64,000 nucleotides of DNA, taken from contig OZ296648.1 in NCBI GenBank assembly GCA_965655095.1, positions 102,238,001 through 102,302,000 on the forward strand. Direction: 5' to 3'. This document shows, piece after piece, positions 14,501 to 27,310 of the stretch. The position numbers were made by a program, and so were the translations under genes. Each line of letters begins with the position of its first letter. The stretch's first letter is position 1. The notes beneath the pieces were generated by a model that had not been told where the DNA came from, ran no database searches, and was given only the letters and a program-made list of their open reading frames with translations. Origin of the DNA: Haplodiscus bocki. Its lineage: Eukaryota.

Positions 14501-17500
14501 TCAAGTCTTGATTTTTTTTGGAAAATTTTCACAGAATTTAAGCTACACGGACTACACGGAATGAACCAGTGCCAAGAAACAATTGAAAGAGAAAAAGAAT
14601 GGAAGTTTCAGATCTCATGGTAGTTGGAGTGAACCGGTACCAAGAGATTCGAGTGAGCACCGTAATTAAAAGACCTTTCTACATTCAGTTCAGTTCTCTC
14701 CTGCTGCTTTATTGGAAGCTGCAGGTTTTTTCCTGTTGTTTGACGTTCAAAAACTGTGATTTCGCTGCTAGGGCTCAAAAACTGTTGATGTGTCTTCTAA
14801 TTGTTTCCACGATTCGAGTTTCTCGGCGACTCTGGACGTGAAACTCAGTCCAGAGGGAATCTTTTTGCTTGTTGTTTGACAATAAATCAGCGATGACTCT
14901 CATCACGGGTGCTTGATCTTTCAATTGCTATTTCAGGTAGTTGAAATAATTCGGACCATCTTTTCCAACTGTATACACAACACCAAAACGTTTCGGTTTT
15001 TCCCTTAGGATTTCCAGAAGGTGATCAGCTTTGATCCTAGATCTGAGGTATTCAGATGGGGAGCCACAATATTGTTGATGACGTCGTGCCACAAATTCAA
15101 CGGGTTTCTCCGAAGAAAAAAACGAAGTTGAGTTGAGACTTTCTTCGAAAATTTTTTTTTCTTGATAGATACTCATCTATGAAGGTGTTCTGAATTGATT
15201 TCAAAGCTTTTTCTGATTGCCTTCCCACTTCGTATTGTTTAGAACACCACAAAAGGATTTGGTTCCAATAATCACAACCACCAATCAAAAAATAGTGGCC
15301 ACCACGGCTGCTCCGATTTGCTTCAGTAGACCGAAACTGTTCAAATTTACTATTTAGTAATATTAAATTTTTCTAGGCTGGCATATTTTTTCGATGAAGA
15401 CTCCTTTGTTCTAGATACTATGTAGGCGGCTCCGGTAATTTTCAACCGGGAAACTAAACGCCAGTGGAAGTGCGCTCTCTAGCGGCAATACGGACAGAAC
15501 CACAAATGAGACGGAAAACAATGTCACTGGAGAACATCATTTCCATTTCTTCAGTACAGTATTCCTTTTTGAGCAACATAAACTCGCTGTATTCCGAATC
15601 AGGAAATGTACGAGTGTAGAAACAAAGACAAAGTAGATACATGGTCAATATAACTTTCATTAGCTCACATCAGAGTGAACTAAGCGACTGACGGCGACGT
15701 AACGACTATTTAAACTTTTATCAGTTTTCATCCGAGAAACTGAAACCCGCTATTTTGTTTGCCATATTGGTTCTCGGTTTTATCGTCTTCCATCAAAAGG
15801 ATGAAAAACAGACTGAAAAGGCTCCTAGCTATGTGAACTTCCATCGGTTTTCATCCAAGATGAAAAAAATACGAACTGAAAGTAGTTGATAAGACAAATT
15901 TCTATCAACTTTCACCATTTTCAAAAGAAAATTCAAAAAGAATGCCCTTCTGCTGAGAAATTTTGAAAAAAATGAGGTGTGTATTGAATGAACTACATGG
16001 AAATTCAACCACCTCGAGAAACTACCAATACTATCTACAGATTGGCAAAAATAGCTCAATCAGAAAATTATAACCCAGCATAAAAGTGAATTCCGATGAA
16101 AACCATTTACCATTGAAAACAATACGGGATATAGCTTCAAAATTTCTGGAAGCAGGAAAAGTCTGTAAAGTTATCAGTGTTTCAGCCCAGGTAATCACTT
16201 TACAAAAAATAGTACTGTCTTTCTAGATAATGCTCCACAATGGGTTTATGACCTTCGTTTCGCTAGTTTTGCATGACCATCATGCTTCTTCAAGGTAGCC
16301 ATCACGGTTGTGAGGGGAAAGCGTTTGCACAGGAAATATTTCTCATCAAGGAAATTAACGAGCCAATGACAACTGGCCGCTGGTGAGAATTGATTGATTG
16401 CACCAGTCACGCGGCCACTCGTTTCCACTAAGACCCAACGCAAAGTTAGCGCAGTCACTTGACTAGTGAGTGGTCAGAAACCGAATTGAAACGCATCCAT
16501 GAAGGGGAGTCGTCAAAAAATGGAATTCTGAAGTTTTAAAAATCGGCTCATGTATCAGGTTCCTTTCAGCTCGAACAGTACTCAAATCAACTTCTGTTAA
16601 CAGATTCACTACAGAAGTCCCTACCACAATTATGGAGGTCAGTTGTATTCAACAAACAAAGGTGCATTCACCAAGGTGAGGCAGAAATGAAAGGTTGAAC
16701 ATAAAACAGTTGATCTTAGGAAACAAACTCGTTTTAGAAAAAAAGATCTATTGTCGATAGACACCGTGATTGGACTTTAAGTCAACCCAAAGAAAACAAC
16801 CAGAAACTCTTCAGTATATGAGTCCTCCAACAGTATGCAGTCGTCAGTTTCTGGCCTCAATAAAGAAGTCAAAGCTGTAGCTTTGCAGAAAGTTTAGTTG
16901 GAGTATCGAGATTTGTATGAGGTAAAATCACTTTTGCTATTTCTGGCCAATCAAGACTCCAATTCCGTTGTAAAAAAGACACCACGCCATATTCATAAAC
17001 AAAAAAATGACGTAGAAAAATGTCCAATCGATTGACACCGTAATGGAAACAGAATCTAAACAGCAGTTATAGTTGAAATAGAATAAATCGAAAAACGAGG
17101 TATTCCCAAACTAAAAACACTTTTTGGCATTTCTGTTTCACCAAGGTTTCACAGAGATGTGCGGCGACTTCAGCGACAATTTAAACAGATATTCCAGTTC
17201 AAGTTGGATACTTTTGATTGAGATTTTGAAGGAAAACATCAAGTCCGGATTTTTGGGAAATTCGGTGTTGTGAAATTGAGAAGACTCTATTATAAAAATA
17301 GTTTTTGGCTTTTTTGTACTTTTAGGAGCCGACCATAGGAACGGAAAGGGTTTGTTTTGACAATTAGAAACGTTTAAGGCAGAAGTTTTCCAAGTGCGAA
17401 CTCAGTGGACGTTTTGGAGTTTGTAGGTAAGGACAATAAAAGGCTTTGAACGCCGGGATAAATCAGAAGCAGTAGCGTAATAGGAATTTTTCTGAATATC

Positions 17501-19718
17501 AACGTTCTGATGCAGGGATAAATCAATAACTTATCTTTCAAAAATTATTCACAGTTTTGATGCTTTGATGGATGGTGCCAAGCCTGTCTTTACGGAGAGT
17601 TAACATTTTCAATTACGAGATTAAGAAATATAATTAGCATAGTTCGGAATTTTCGGACTTTCAGTTTTTCGATGCAAAAAAGTGGACAAAACTCCAATTG
17701 GAAAATTGTCAATAATTAGAAAAGTTTTGATTAAGATTTCACAGACGAAACAAAGCTGCAGGTTTTGGTGGAAAAAGTTGAAGAATTTGATTATCCACAA
17801 AAACTTCGAAAAAGGAGTTGCTGTTTGGACTATCAGGATTATGATGCAACGAAAACAAAGAATGATTTTGCGTATCAAGATTTCTCTACAAGTTTTATGT
17901 TTTTGATTGTGTTCTAGATGAAGAAAGTCAAACTTGTTATGGCTGAGGAATACAACTATGAATGTCGATCGAAATTAAAAAATTTTTTTCGGAGTTTTCG
18001 GACTGTGGAAAGTCTGATACTTGAGAGGGAAATTGGCTTTTCTCTCATCAAAACCGTCGTTTCAACTACAAATTTTCGATTTCGATTCAAGGTCATGGAT
18101 AGAGCTTGTGCTCTTTGGGGATTGAATGTCGAGTTAAATGTAAAACTAAAAGGCTCCCTTTGGAACTATCGGGATTCTGATGCAAGGCATAAAAACGACG
18201 CCTTTTTAATCCATTACTAGTGTACAATTGCCACGTTTTTAATTCAAACCTTGGTGGAGGAATTGAAACTGTCATTGCTTAGCGAAAGAAGTTTGAAGCT
18301 CGACCGAAATTAACAAAATTAGCATCTTTTGGATTTTGTAAACGTCACGAATCTGTTGCATGGACCAGATCAAAACGTTTGCTAATTGAATCTCCCGCCG
18401 TGGAAAGAATTTTTTGACTGAACTCGTGGTTAGAGAAGTCAGACGAGAAGTTACTGAAAAACTTGAGTTTCAATATCGAGACTAATAAGATTCAATAAAC
18501 TTTTTGATCTTTCTGACTCACTGGATTGAGAGGGAAGGTACAGAGTCAATACTTCTGCTAAAAAAACAATTCACCTTATAGAAACACTTTTCAATTGATA
18601 CCTACAGTGAAGATTCGATCCTTTTTTTCTCAGAAAAGTAGGTTTAAACATCAAGAAAGCACGTTCAATTGTTATCGGGCTTTATGGCTTTAGCTCAATG
18701 TCGAAATCATAGAACGTTATGCTGCGGCAGATATCTCACGAAAAAATCCGTTTTTTGCCCTGGGAAAAACTAGGCTAGTGAAGAAACTTTTATAAAAGCT
18801 GGAAAGAAATGTACAATTGTTCAAGTTTTAAAATTATATTTTCAACAGACAAAGACTTTTGTTCGTCTCTTTCTAGGTAAATTGACTTATCTCAAGTTTT
18901 GAAAATTCCAGAGGAGAACAATTTGTACCAGTTACGTCGCGAAGGGGTAATTTTGGAGAAAAATAGCCCAGTTACCAAAAACTTAATTTTTCAATGGAAA
19001 AACTGTTATGTTGAAAATTAACGTGTCAACGAGTATTTGGAAAAACGTAAAAATCATGGTAAATGGCGCAATTCGAACTCTGCCTGTGGGCTACCTAACC
19101 GCGGTGTCACTCTATATAAGCGTTATGCAAGCCTTCAACAACTCTGGACACGCTAAGTGGGATCTTCATGGGCAGTTTCAAAGAATGGAAAAAAAACGAA
19201 TACTGATTTGATTATTTTCCTTTCAAAAAGTTTTTTCGACGGAAAAGAATAAGTCAAGTCCTAAAACTTGCATGCAAGCTTTTGATTTCAGTCGTGAACG
19301 TAGCATTCATATGAAATACGACACCGCAAGTAACAACCGAGATCGAGAGTAGCAGGTCCGAGGGTAATCCTACCATGAACTCCCCAGAAACCAGCGAGAA
19401 TGAAAGTCCTGAAATCCGCGAATTGACTCAGGATGAAAACGATGAGCTATTGAGGCCTTCATTGCACCCCTAACGAGGCAGCTAGAGGATATGACACGGC
19501 ATGTCCAAGGAATGAAACTGCATCGCATCCGATTTATTACCCAAGGGCAGGTACCAGCGCCACGTCTATTGCACCCGGATATCAGCCCGACAAACGCAAC
19601 GCTATCGTTGAATTCATTCAAATGCATTGAACGCAAAAATGTCAAGATATTGTGAATCTATAACGAACAATCAACTCAAACTAATGGGTAATGCCACTAA
19701 TTTCTTCTCTCAGGAGTT

Positions 19719-21680
19719 TTAAGATATATAGAACACTTCTTCCAGAGACTCCTGGGCGTCGTCTCGAAGGGTCCCAGTCACGCATGATAAGTTAAACTGT
19801 TGCACGGCCACTGACACGCGTTGATGAAAAAAGATTTGGAGCGGGGTTCTCTGTTTTTGTCAAAAATTTTCTTTGTCAGGCAATTGAAAGTTTCTGTTTG
19901 AGTTCCGTAATTTCCTTGGACGTCGATGGTGATTGGTTGGAAAATATATCCCTACTCCTCGATATTTGCATATTTCAAGGTTTTTCGGGTTTCAGCCTCG
20001 GTTGAAAAGCTTCCCTGCCGTTGCGCTCTGCTAGGGGCAAGGGAATCCACGAAAGTCACGTCCCATACCAGCGGCTTTCATCGCTGCCAAGTGATGGCCG
20101 TCACACCATCGGGTCGTTTGCCATCTGTCCTTGACAACCCCGCTGGCTCTAAAACAGAGGGCACCACAACCGAGGTTAAGGATCGCCTAATAAAATCATT
20201 GAAAAAAGCATGTCGGGCAAACCGTCCCGCGTTCCTCTTGCAAGCGAGCCCATGAGTACCGTACTCGTCGACATTTTGGCCACAGCAACATGTATGTATA
20301 TACCCAGTCGCAAAGCCACGGCGCAACGAAGTTGGCCGTCGGTGAGTTTGAGGCCGAGGGGGACATTGGGATGGCATTAAGCCAGCGTATCTACCTTGGC
20401 TTAGGGAAAATTGTTTAGACTGGGTTTGATCTAGGGATTTTTCAATATCTATTTGTAGCTTGTCAAGTACAGAAGTGGACCAAGTTTTCTGGGCTTCTCT
20501 TTTTGCTACTGGCATGGCGTTCACACCTGAGAGCTCGTACCAGGCGGTTTGCGCGGACTCAACATCTCTATCACTGCCGAGGTTAAAATTCAGGTCTTGT
20601 GAAAAAGGCTCACAGCCCACCGCAGAGGCCAAAAAGGCAGAAGGTGCAGTGAGGACAGCTGATGGGATACCCATACCACCTAATTTCACAGGAAGGAAGA
20701 CTTGTTTGTCGCGGGATTAGCTCAGGCTGACGTTGCAGATAGTTTCACGGGATGCACGTAGGTAATTGTCAATGCGTTGTAGTTTTTCACGAAGTTTGAA
20801 ACATGGGGAAGTGCGAAGGACATATAACAGCCTAGGCATATGAAGGCATTTCTTAATTGAAAACAGGGCATAGTGGGCGTCGGTCCTTTGAAGCTTTTGG
20901 GAGAAGGCTTGAAAAACCTGGGTCATTTCTTCCACAGTGGACTCTAAGGCCGCGCTACCGATTGGGGCTCCCAGTACAACCAGGCCCTCGAGCTCTGTCA
21001 CCTGTACACCGGGGCACACCCCGGAGAACTTGGATAGGATACTATGTTTTCGTTCGTTCGACGGGCATCCTAGAAAGACCAGTTCACATTTCTGTGGGTT
21101 GACTTCCAGTCCCATAGCCAAAAAAGCGCTTCTCAGAGTTGTATAATCGTTCAGCACGTCCTCGAAGGTGCCGGCCAAGTTTCCGTCATCGAGGTACCAG
21201 AGGTTAAGCTTGCTGCAAAGGCTCCTGATGGTGTCATTGATGGTGTCAGAGAATAGAGGGGTCCTTCCAGATCACCTTGCTGAGCACCCTCCTCCGATAA
21301 GATGAGTTTGTCTCTGTAGAACAAGAAGGAGGGTTTGGCATAAGCTGCTTCGGTGTAGTTGTAGATAAGGGGGTTTTTAGCGAAGACAGTCGCTAGAAGT
21401 GCATCTCGCGAAATACTATTGAAGGCGTTTTTGATATCAATTTTGAGCAATATCTGGGCTATGCTCTTGTCTGACGTATAATCTAGTGGCTTGTGCTGCT
21501 GCCTCGGCACCTCGCTTCGTACCGTAGCCGAGTTGTACATTGCCATATTCCACGCACCGGTTTGACTTCGCAATGGTGCCTGCGCACTTCGCTGAGAAGC
21601 GTCTCAGAGTGTTTCCCACTGCAATCGGTCTGATAACACCTCCCTTCTTTCCTAGGGCTATGAGATTCCTAGGGCTAGGG
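19719..21680 (-). mobile_element. 5'-truncated CRE-clade non-LTR retrotransposon (RT + restriction-like endonuclease), frameshifted
   Basis: RT motifs 'LIALGKKGGVIRPIAVGNTLRR', 'KIDIKNAFNSISR', 'EGAQQGDLEGPL' and 'WYLDDGNLAG'. Zn-knuckle/REL region 'CCCGQNVDEYGTHGLACKRNAGRFARH...LEPAGLSRTDGKRPDGVT...LVWDVTFVD'. C-terminus 'QRVSVAVQQFN...LEEVFYIS*' ends at 19719. Visibly more GC-rich than the flanks. Confidence 0.85.
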
Positions 21681-21759
21681 CTCAGCCCGACACAACCCGG
21701 AAGATCTGGTCCTTGCAAAGAGCAGGCCCTTGGAAAGAGCAGCTTCGAATCCTTGTTGC

Positions 21760-23635
21760 GATTCCATACCGCAACTCCGAAATTAATAAAAGTGATCCAC
21801 AGCTCCGAAAATAAAATAAGTGTAGCTTAACTCCGAAAAATATTTATTGAAATTTATTATTAACGGAATATTAATATTGATTATTACAAATTGAAAGCAT
21901 TGCAAATTTTTATTATTAAATTGTATTACAAAGTTGGGCCATCGTATCCCAATAGCTATCTACAGATCTATTTCCTAAAGTGAGGGAATTCTTCAGCGCC
22001 AAAATTTGGGAGTTATATTTTCGCCATTTCTTTTTTTGCAAGGCAGGGGCGCGTCCACGGTTGAGGTGGGCAATCTTATTTCGGGTTTCTCGTTCCTGTA
22101 ATTTAAGAAAACGCATCGAAACCCAAAAATTAGGCCTTGTACGATTATTTTTCCGATTCCACGCCTTGTTCCATCCTTCACAGGCATTTGTTGTCCTCAT
22201 TTTTTCGTTTCTATCAAAAACATTCCACATGGAAATCGGGAAAGTGCACATCCACGTTCGGTGAAAGTATCTCAAAATTTCGGCGAATCCAGGGTAAATC
22301 GAAACCAATAACTGGGTTGTCGGGCGGGAACAAAAATCAGCCATCTTTGGGCAAACTTGGGCCAGGGGCAAATACGCAGTGGCCATTATCAATCGAATTG
22401 CGTGCTGCAGTTGATTATTCTGACTATATTCATGCTGTAGTCCCATTTCCTGAACTTTTCGAAAAATTGCCTGAGAAAAGTGAAAATGGCAACCTAGATG
22501 CTGTGTAATGGGCAAATCAGTTTCAATAGCACTGATCATTCCTCTTTCATAATCAGCAACAAATTTTTCGGGTCGAAAATTGCTTTTTCTCTTCAAAGTT
22601 TGCAATAGAAATCGATACTGGGGGGCAGATTATCCATTCATATACGAATACACCAATGGCAGTTTATATTCGTCAACATCTCCGAAAATAATGTACAATT
22701 GATCATAAGGCTCTGGGGTAGCTTTGAAGGTACCATCACCCAGAACCGAAGTACATCGCCCCAAAAGATTCAGGGCTTCCCGGGTTGCGAAAATTGTAAC
22801 ACCTATTGCTGCATCGTGTTTGAGCAAAAAGCGCTTACCATCCAAAGTTTTTGCCCATCTTCCTTCAATGCGGATATCAGAGAGCTAAAAAAAAATTTCG
22901 AGAGAAAAATATCGAAAAAAAAATTTTTCAAAACGTGAAAAAATACCTCATGTGGGACGGATGGAATTTTTTTTGCCCTGATTCGGTATAGGCTGCTTCT
23001 TACTGATCTGTAATCCGGGGCCAACTATTTGAATCAACTATCATTCTTGTACCGCATCTGCGATTGCATTCCAAATATATTTTTTGTGTAGTTTTCTTGT
23101 TAATTTTGTACAAAAAATTTTCGTGGTAAATCAATTTTCCACGTTTGCCTTGAAGAATTTCAAGCATTGTCAACTTTTTTGCAAACCGGTAATGTTTAAA
23201 ATGACGGCCGAAAACTAACGCCGCGTGGGTCACGTGACTGAAAATTTTGGTGGCACAAGTCCGAAAATGAATTTAACCCCAACCCCTCCCCCCCTCCCAA
23301 CCCTGAAGCGAAATCGTGAGTTAAAACATTTTTTTTCGCATATTCGGTTTAAATTTTCGCATATCCATTTTGGTATGTGTGTGTGTGGGGGGAGGGGGGA
23401 GGGGGTGGTGGTGGTGGAATTAACAGAAATCGGTGTTTTAATTTGATTGGACGAGAGATTTCATTAATTTTATTTTAATCTTTCGGACTTGGCGACGGCG
23501 GCCAATCGGTACTTAAATTTGATTGGACGAGAGATTTAACCAATTTTATTTATTTTAATCTGAATAAATTTTCGGAGTTAAGCTACACTTTATTTATTTT
23601 CGGAGCTGTGAACGTTCGGAGCTGTGAGATGACAC
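21760..23635 (-). mobile_element. Mutator-like (MULE) DNA transposon with imperfect TIRs and a 9-bp TSD
   Basis: Perfect direct repeat CCTTGTTGC at 21751-21759 and 23636-23644. Inverted termini built from CAGCTCCGAAAATAAA...GTGTAGCTTAACTCCGAAAA. Transposase motifs inside. Confidence 0.93.
21916..23167 (-). pseudogene. MULE transposase (FLYWCH-like N-terminus + MULE DDE domain), disrupted; 62-nt intron at 22885-22946
   Basis: N-terminus 'KLIYHENFLYKINKK...IYLECNRRC' (FLYWCH-like). MULE motifs 'LGDGTFKATPEPYDQLY', 'ADYERG', 'GCHFHFSQAI' and 'RTTNACEGWN'. A GT..AG intron joins PHE|LSDIRIEGRWAKTLDGKRF in frame. In-frame TAA at 22630-22632 and a frameshift/deletion near 23024. Confidence 0.88.
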
Positions 23636-23644
23636 CCTTGTTGC

Positions 23645-23990
23645 AAGTACTATCCAACGAGTCCCACCATCGGCAGGATTGGAAAACCTTTATAAAAGGT
23701 GTCTTGACGTAAGAAGTGGAAAATCAAGGTTGTTTGATTACGGATATAAATCATCTATTCAGTTTAAGCTTGCGTTATGGCTTTGCGTATTCTGTCACTT
23801 CTATAACTGCCATGAATCACTCATCAATCATGAGCGCTTGTCACCTTTCATTGGAAATTCAAAGTGAAAACTGAATTTTTTCGCTCATTTAGAACAGAAC
23901 AACTTTTGTAATCTGAATTTCAAGTGTTCATTTTGACTCTTGGATACGAATTTGTGTTAAGTGGCAGTCAAGAAGAGATTTGGGAGGAGT
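23645..23990 (+). repeat. Duplicated upstream block, copy A (continues 5' of the MULE at ~21735-21759); candidate ERH promoter
   Basis: Aligns by eye at roughly 80% to 26940-27310. Contains CCTTTATAAAAGG (TATA-like) and TGACGTAA (CRE/ATF-like). Confidence 0.85.
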
Positions 23991-24007
23991 ACCGGCGTCT
24001 TGTTTAC

Positions 24008-24010
<3 letters not shown>

Positions 24011-24042
<32 letters not shown>
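24011..24042. repeat. (TA)n microsatellite
   Basis: Uninterrupted TA run of about 16 units. Confidence 0.95.
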
Positions 24043-24043
<1 letters not shown>

Positions 24044-24561
24044 TTTTTATTATATACTTTTGTATTTCTCATCCCTCTGTTAATTAACAATTTTTCCCAT
24101 TATATAAGCATTCTGAGAGATCAGTGTTTTGTGTATGTTTCCCTCGACATCCAGTTATCTCGTTAAAACATTGAAAAAGGAAGTTACATTGTGAGCTGTG
24201 ATAAAATGCAATGAAAGTGTTTACTCGCTTGAATGACATACCAGAAATGTGACTTCAGAAATTTTAGCTGCTTGTTCACAAGTAACACAAGCTTCACAGT
24301 ACCATTGTTACAATATGACGTAGTTTGAGTACCATGTCTTTGTTAATTGATCGTTTTCACTTGATATATGTCTGAGACGGAGCCAAGACAAGTACCATTT
24401 TTTTCATTATTATACTATTGCAAACCCATGTTAATTGCGGGTCCCCGATCGTAACACTTTACAGGAGCGTTTTTGGAATTATTTACTAGTATTAAATTAA
24501 TTTTTCTTTTAATTTAAACTCACATTGAACGATTTACTGGAAAGACGTTTTTCAGAACATC

Positions 24562-24903
24562 ATGAATCGATCAGCAAAATCAAAGACACTGAATACAAAT
24601 TCCCATACCATACTGCTCATTCAAACGGGAAGATCTCAAGATACAAAAACGTTCTCAGACTACGAGACTTTGGATGAAGCTTTAGAAGGAATTTGCAAAA
24701 CATTTGAGGAGCACCTTAAACGCACAAATCCGACGAAGCCAACCATCACCTACGATATATCGCAGTTATTCGATTTTATAGAGCAGTTACCCGATTTGAG
24801 TTGTCTACTATTGGAGAAGGAGTATGGCCTGTATGCTCCTTATGACAAAGATTGGATAAAAACACAAGTGTACGAATTGCTGCGCAAACAAGCTGGAAAA
24901 TGA
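24562..24903 (+). CDS. ERH: Enhancer of rudimentary homolog, paralogue A (113 aa, intronless CDS)
   Basis: 'SHTILLIQ...DYE...[36 protein letters not shown]...PYDKDWIK' matches the ERH family. ORF is intact; TTTTCAG acceptor lies 6 nt before the ATG. Confidence 0.96.
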   Translation: MNRSAKSKTLNTNSHTILLIQTGRSQDTKTFSDYETLDEALEGICKTFEEHLKRTNPTKPTITYDISQLFDFIEQLPDLSCLLLEKEYGLYAPYDKDWIKTQVYELLRKQAGK

Positions 24904-26015
24904 GTGATTAACTGTCAGTGGAACTACTCTCATCGTTTTCTACTTAGTTATGTTGGAAAGCCTTCTCTAATTTGGCGGTGCATTCATTGTCTTTCCAATG
25001 GCATCTTAAAAACCCGGTTCTATTCTAAAATATGGACTATTATTCATAGCAGGAAAATATTCAGTGTAACTTTTGGAGCTGCAATTAATAACATGGATAA
25101 AGTTACAAAGTTACGGCAATAATTGGATATGAGATCAGCACAATCGGAAGCCGCAAGTGATGGTAGATTTTGGTGTTCATTTTCGTTTGATATTTGTTAT
25201 TTTTGATGTTATTGAACTGTTGAACTCGTCATTTTCTAACTTATACTCTTTATTTGTTTGAATATATTTTATACTTGCCCGGAATTCTCGAATGGCTTAG
25301 AAACTTCCCTACTGCAACTCTGCCAGAAAGATAGTAGCACTTGAAAACTGATAGTGCAAACTCCTGGGCTCAGCCCAGAAGCAAATCCTATTACTGAATC
25401 AATTTTCTATCGAAATTTCAGAAAGTCAATTTCAAAATTTTTGCCCGTTGATAATTGCTTTTCCTGCTTTTTTCTACTTATGAATGAATATCAATGTCAT
25501 GAATCAAGACGTATGATTTTTAGAGAAATGACTTCTTGATCATTTAAAAATGTAGTCATTTCAAGAAAATTACTTGTCAAAACTTATCAATGGGGCCAAA
25601 AACTTAGAAGTGGAGCCAAAATGCCAGTGGCATATCCACGAAGTCCTAAGAATTATAATGGAATTCTTATGTTTTTGAAGCGAGTCTGCGATGGATTTTT
25701 TGAATTAATTTACGGCAGCTTTCATAGTATTTTGATCCTTTTATCTTCCCATTGGTTATTTCAATATGTTCTTTTTCTTTTGTGATGTGTTCGAACACTA
25801 GGACAAGAGTTTCTGAATCTATTGAACTAACTTGATCTTGTAACGCAATCGACGAACGGAGTCTCACACGATCCCTCGCAAACAAAGATCGAAGCAAACA
25901 AGACGAAAATAATAGTTGCGCACGGTCCTCCTAAAACAAAAGCCGAAGCAAAGAAGACAAATAAGATGCGTGATGAAAAAGAGAAAGCAAAGGAAGAACC
26001 AAGAAGGAGCACCGA

Positions 26016-26405
26016 GACAAGACCATCTTCTAAACTCGGATACCCTTCCTCCCAATGAGCCCGGCAAAGGCTAAAACAACAACAACTGAAATAGTAAGAT
26101 TTCTCAAAACATTTAAAATTTGGGTTTTTTTTGAGAAAACAACGATGGTTTTTTTCAAAATCGGTAAAGCTGGCAAATTTGGTGTCGAATGCGTATCAAA
26201 TGATATTTTTTCATAAAAATTTGTTTTTTTTTTCACGTGAATTGAGATTTTTTGGCGGAAATCAGGAAAAGTTTCTAATTTGGAAAGCAAATCAAAATTT
26301 GCTGAAGATTGTATTTTTTTCGAGAAAACGCTTTCTTGCATCTGCAAGGTATCTTTAGCAAAGTTAGAGGGTGGAATATTTGCGGGTGGTGACCGGTCGT
26401 CTTAC
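26016..26405. repeat. Dispersed non-autonomous repeat, related to the copy at ~52400-52731
   Basis: Shared collinear motifs with 52400-52731: ACTGAAAT..AA..TTTC.AAAC.TT.AAAAT.T.GGTTTT, AAATCG.TAAAG and a terminal CCGGTCGTCTT. Confidence 0.55.
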
Positions 26406-26939
26406 AATTGCGCAAGCAAATGTTAGATCACAGCCTCTTGGCACTTCGTTTGTTTTTCCGATTCGTGCCTAACTCGCATTTGTTCCTAGATTCTTATGTT
26501 CCTCGATTTTGTTCATGCGTTTTCGCTTTCTTGCAAAAAATTTCATACGCCACGCGAATTAACAAAAATTTTCACATGGCCTATTTTCCAGCGTGTGCGC
26601 TTGCTTTAATTATAAAGCGAGTTAACTGCTATGGGCGTTAGTACTTGATACACTTGTTTTCGAGCGTATAAGTATCGATTGAGCTTTTAAATTTCTGTAA
26701 ATCAGTAGTTTTCGTTGTGACGTGACTCAAATTTTATCACGCTGAATTTTTAATTTTCGAACAAGACCTTCATCAGAGGTTGCAGTTGGGCTGATCCATT
26801 TCAGAACACGGTTTTGAAATATCTCTAATTTGTTCAGAGCATCTTTGCTAGTTGACCACATTTCAGAACCATATGTGAGTGAGGAGAGTATGTATGTTGT
26901 AGATATTCGCTTTCGTTGACGGGTTGAGTGACGTAGGGA

Positions 26940-27310
26940 GAAAAAGCGCAGCTTCGACTCGGTGTTGCTAGTACTGTCAAATCAGTACCGCCACCGGAGG
27001 GATAAAATAACCTTTATAAAAGGTGTCTTGACGTAAGAAGTGGTAAAATCAAAGTTCGATTGCGGATATAAATCAACTATTCAGTTTAAGCTTGAGTTAT
27101 GGCTTTGCGTATTCTGTCACTTTAATAACTTATAACTCCCTTATCAATAATGGAGCTTGTCACACTTCATTGAAAATTCAAAGTGAAAACTAAATTTTAT
27201 CTGTCAAATAAAACAACTTTTATAATCTCAACTTCAAGCGGTCATTTTGACACTTGGGTACGAATCTGTGTCAATTGTGACAATTGGCAGGCAAGAGGGA
27301 ATTTGGAAGA
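26940..27310 (+). repeat. Duplicated upstream block, copy B (lacks the MULE insertion); candidate ERH promoter
   Basis: GCAGCTTCGACTCGGTGTTGCTAGTACTG...CCTTTATAAAAGGTGTCTTGACGTAAGAAGTGG... is homologous to copy A on both sides of the MULE. Confidence 0.85.

Noticed and set aside
14928-18500. Scattered 60-100 aa ORFs that look like decayed coding sequence
   Set aside because: No recognisable domain or consistent splice structure.
19330-19640. GC-richer fragment reading 'AFIAPLTRQLEDMTRHVQGM', possibly the 5' part of an LTR element
   Set aside because: Too short and lacks any diagnostic motif.
21437-23635. Idea that the MULE is nested inside the CRE retroelement
   Set aside because: Sequence on both sides of the TSD matches the duplicated ERH upstream block, and no CRE sequence continues beyond 23644.
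24562-24903. ERH-A as a processed pseudogene
   Set aside because: The ORF is intact despite ~36% protein divergence, there is no poly(A) or TSD, and it shares upstream sequence with ERH-B. Tandem duplication with intron loss or gain fits better.
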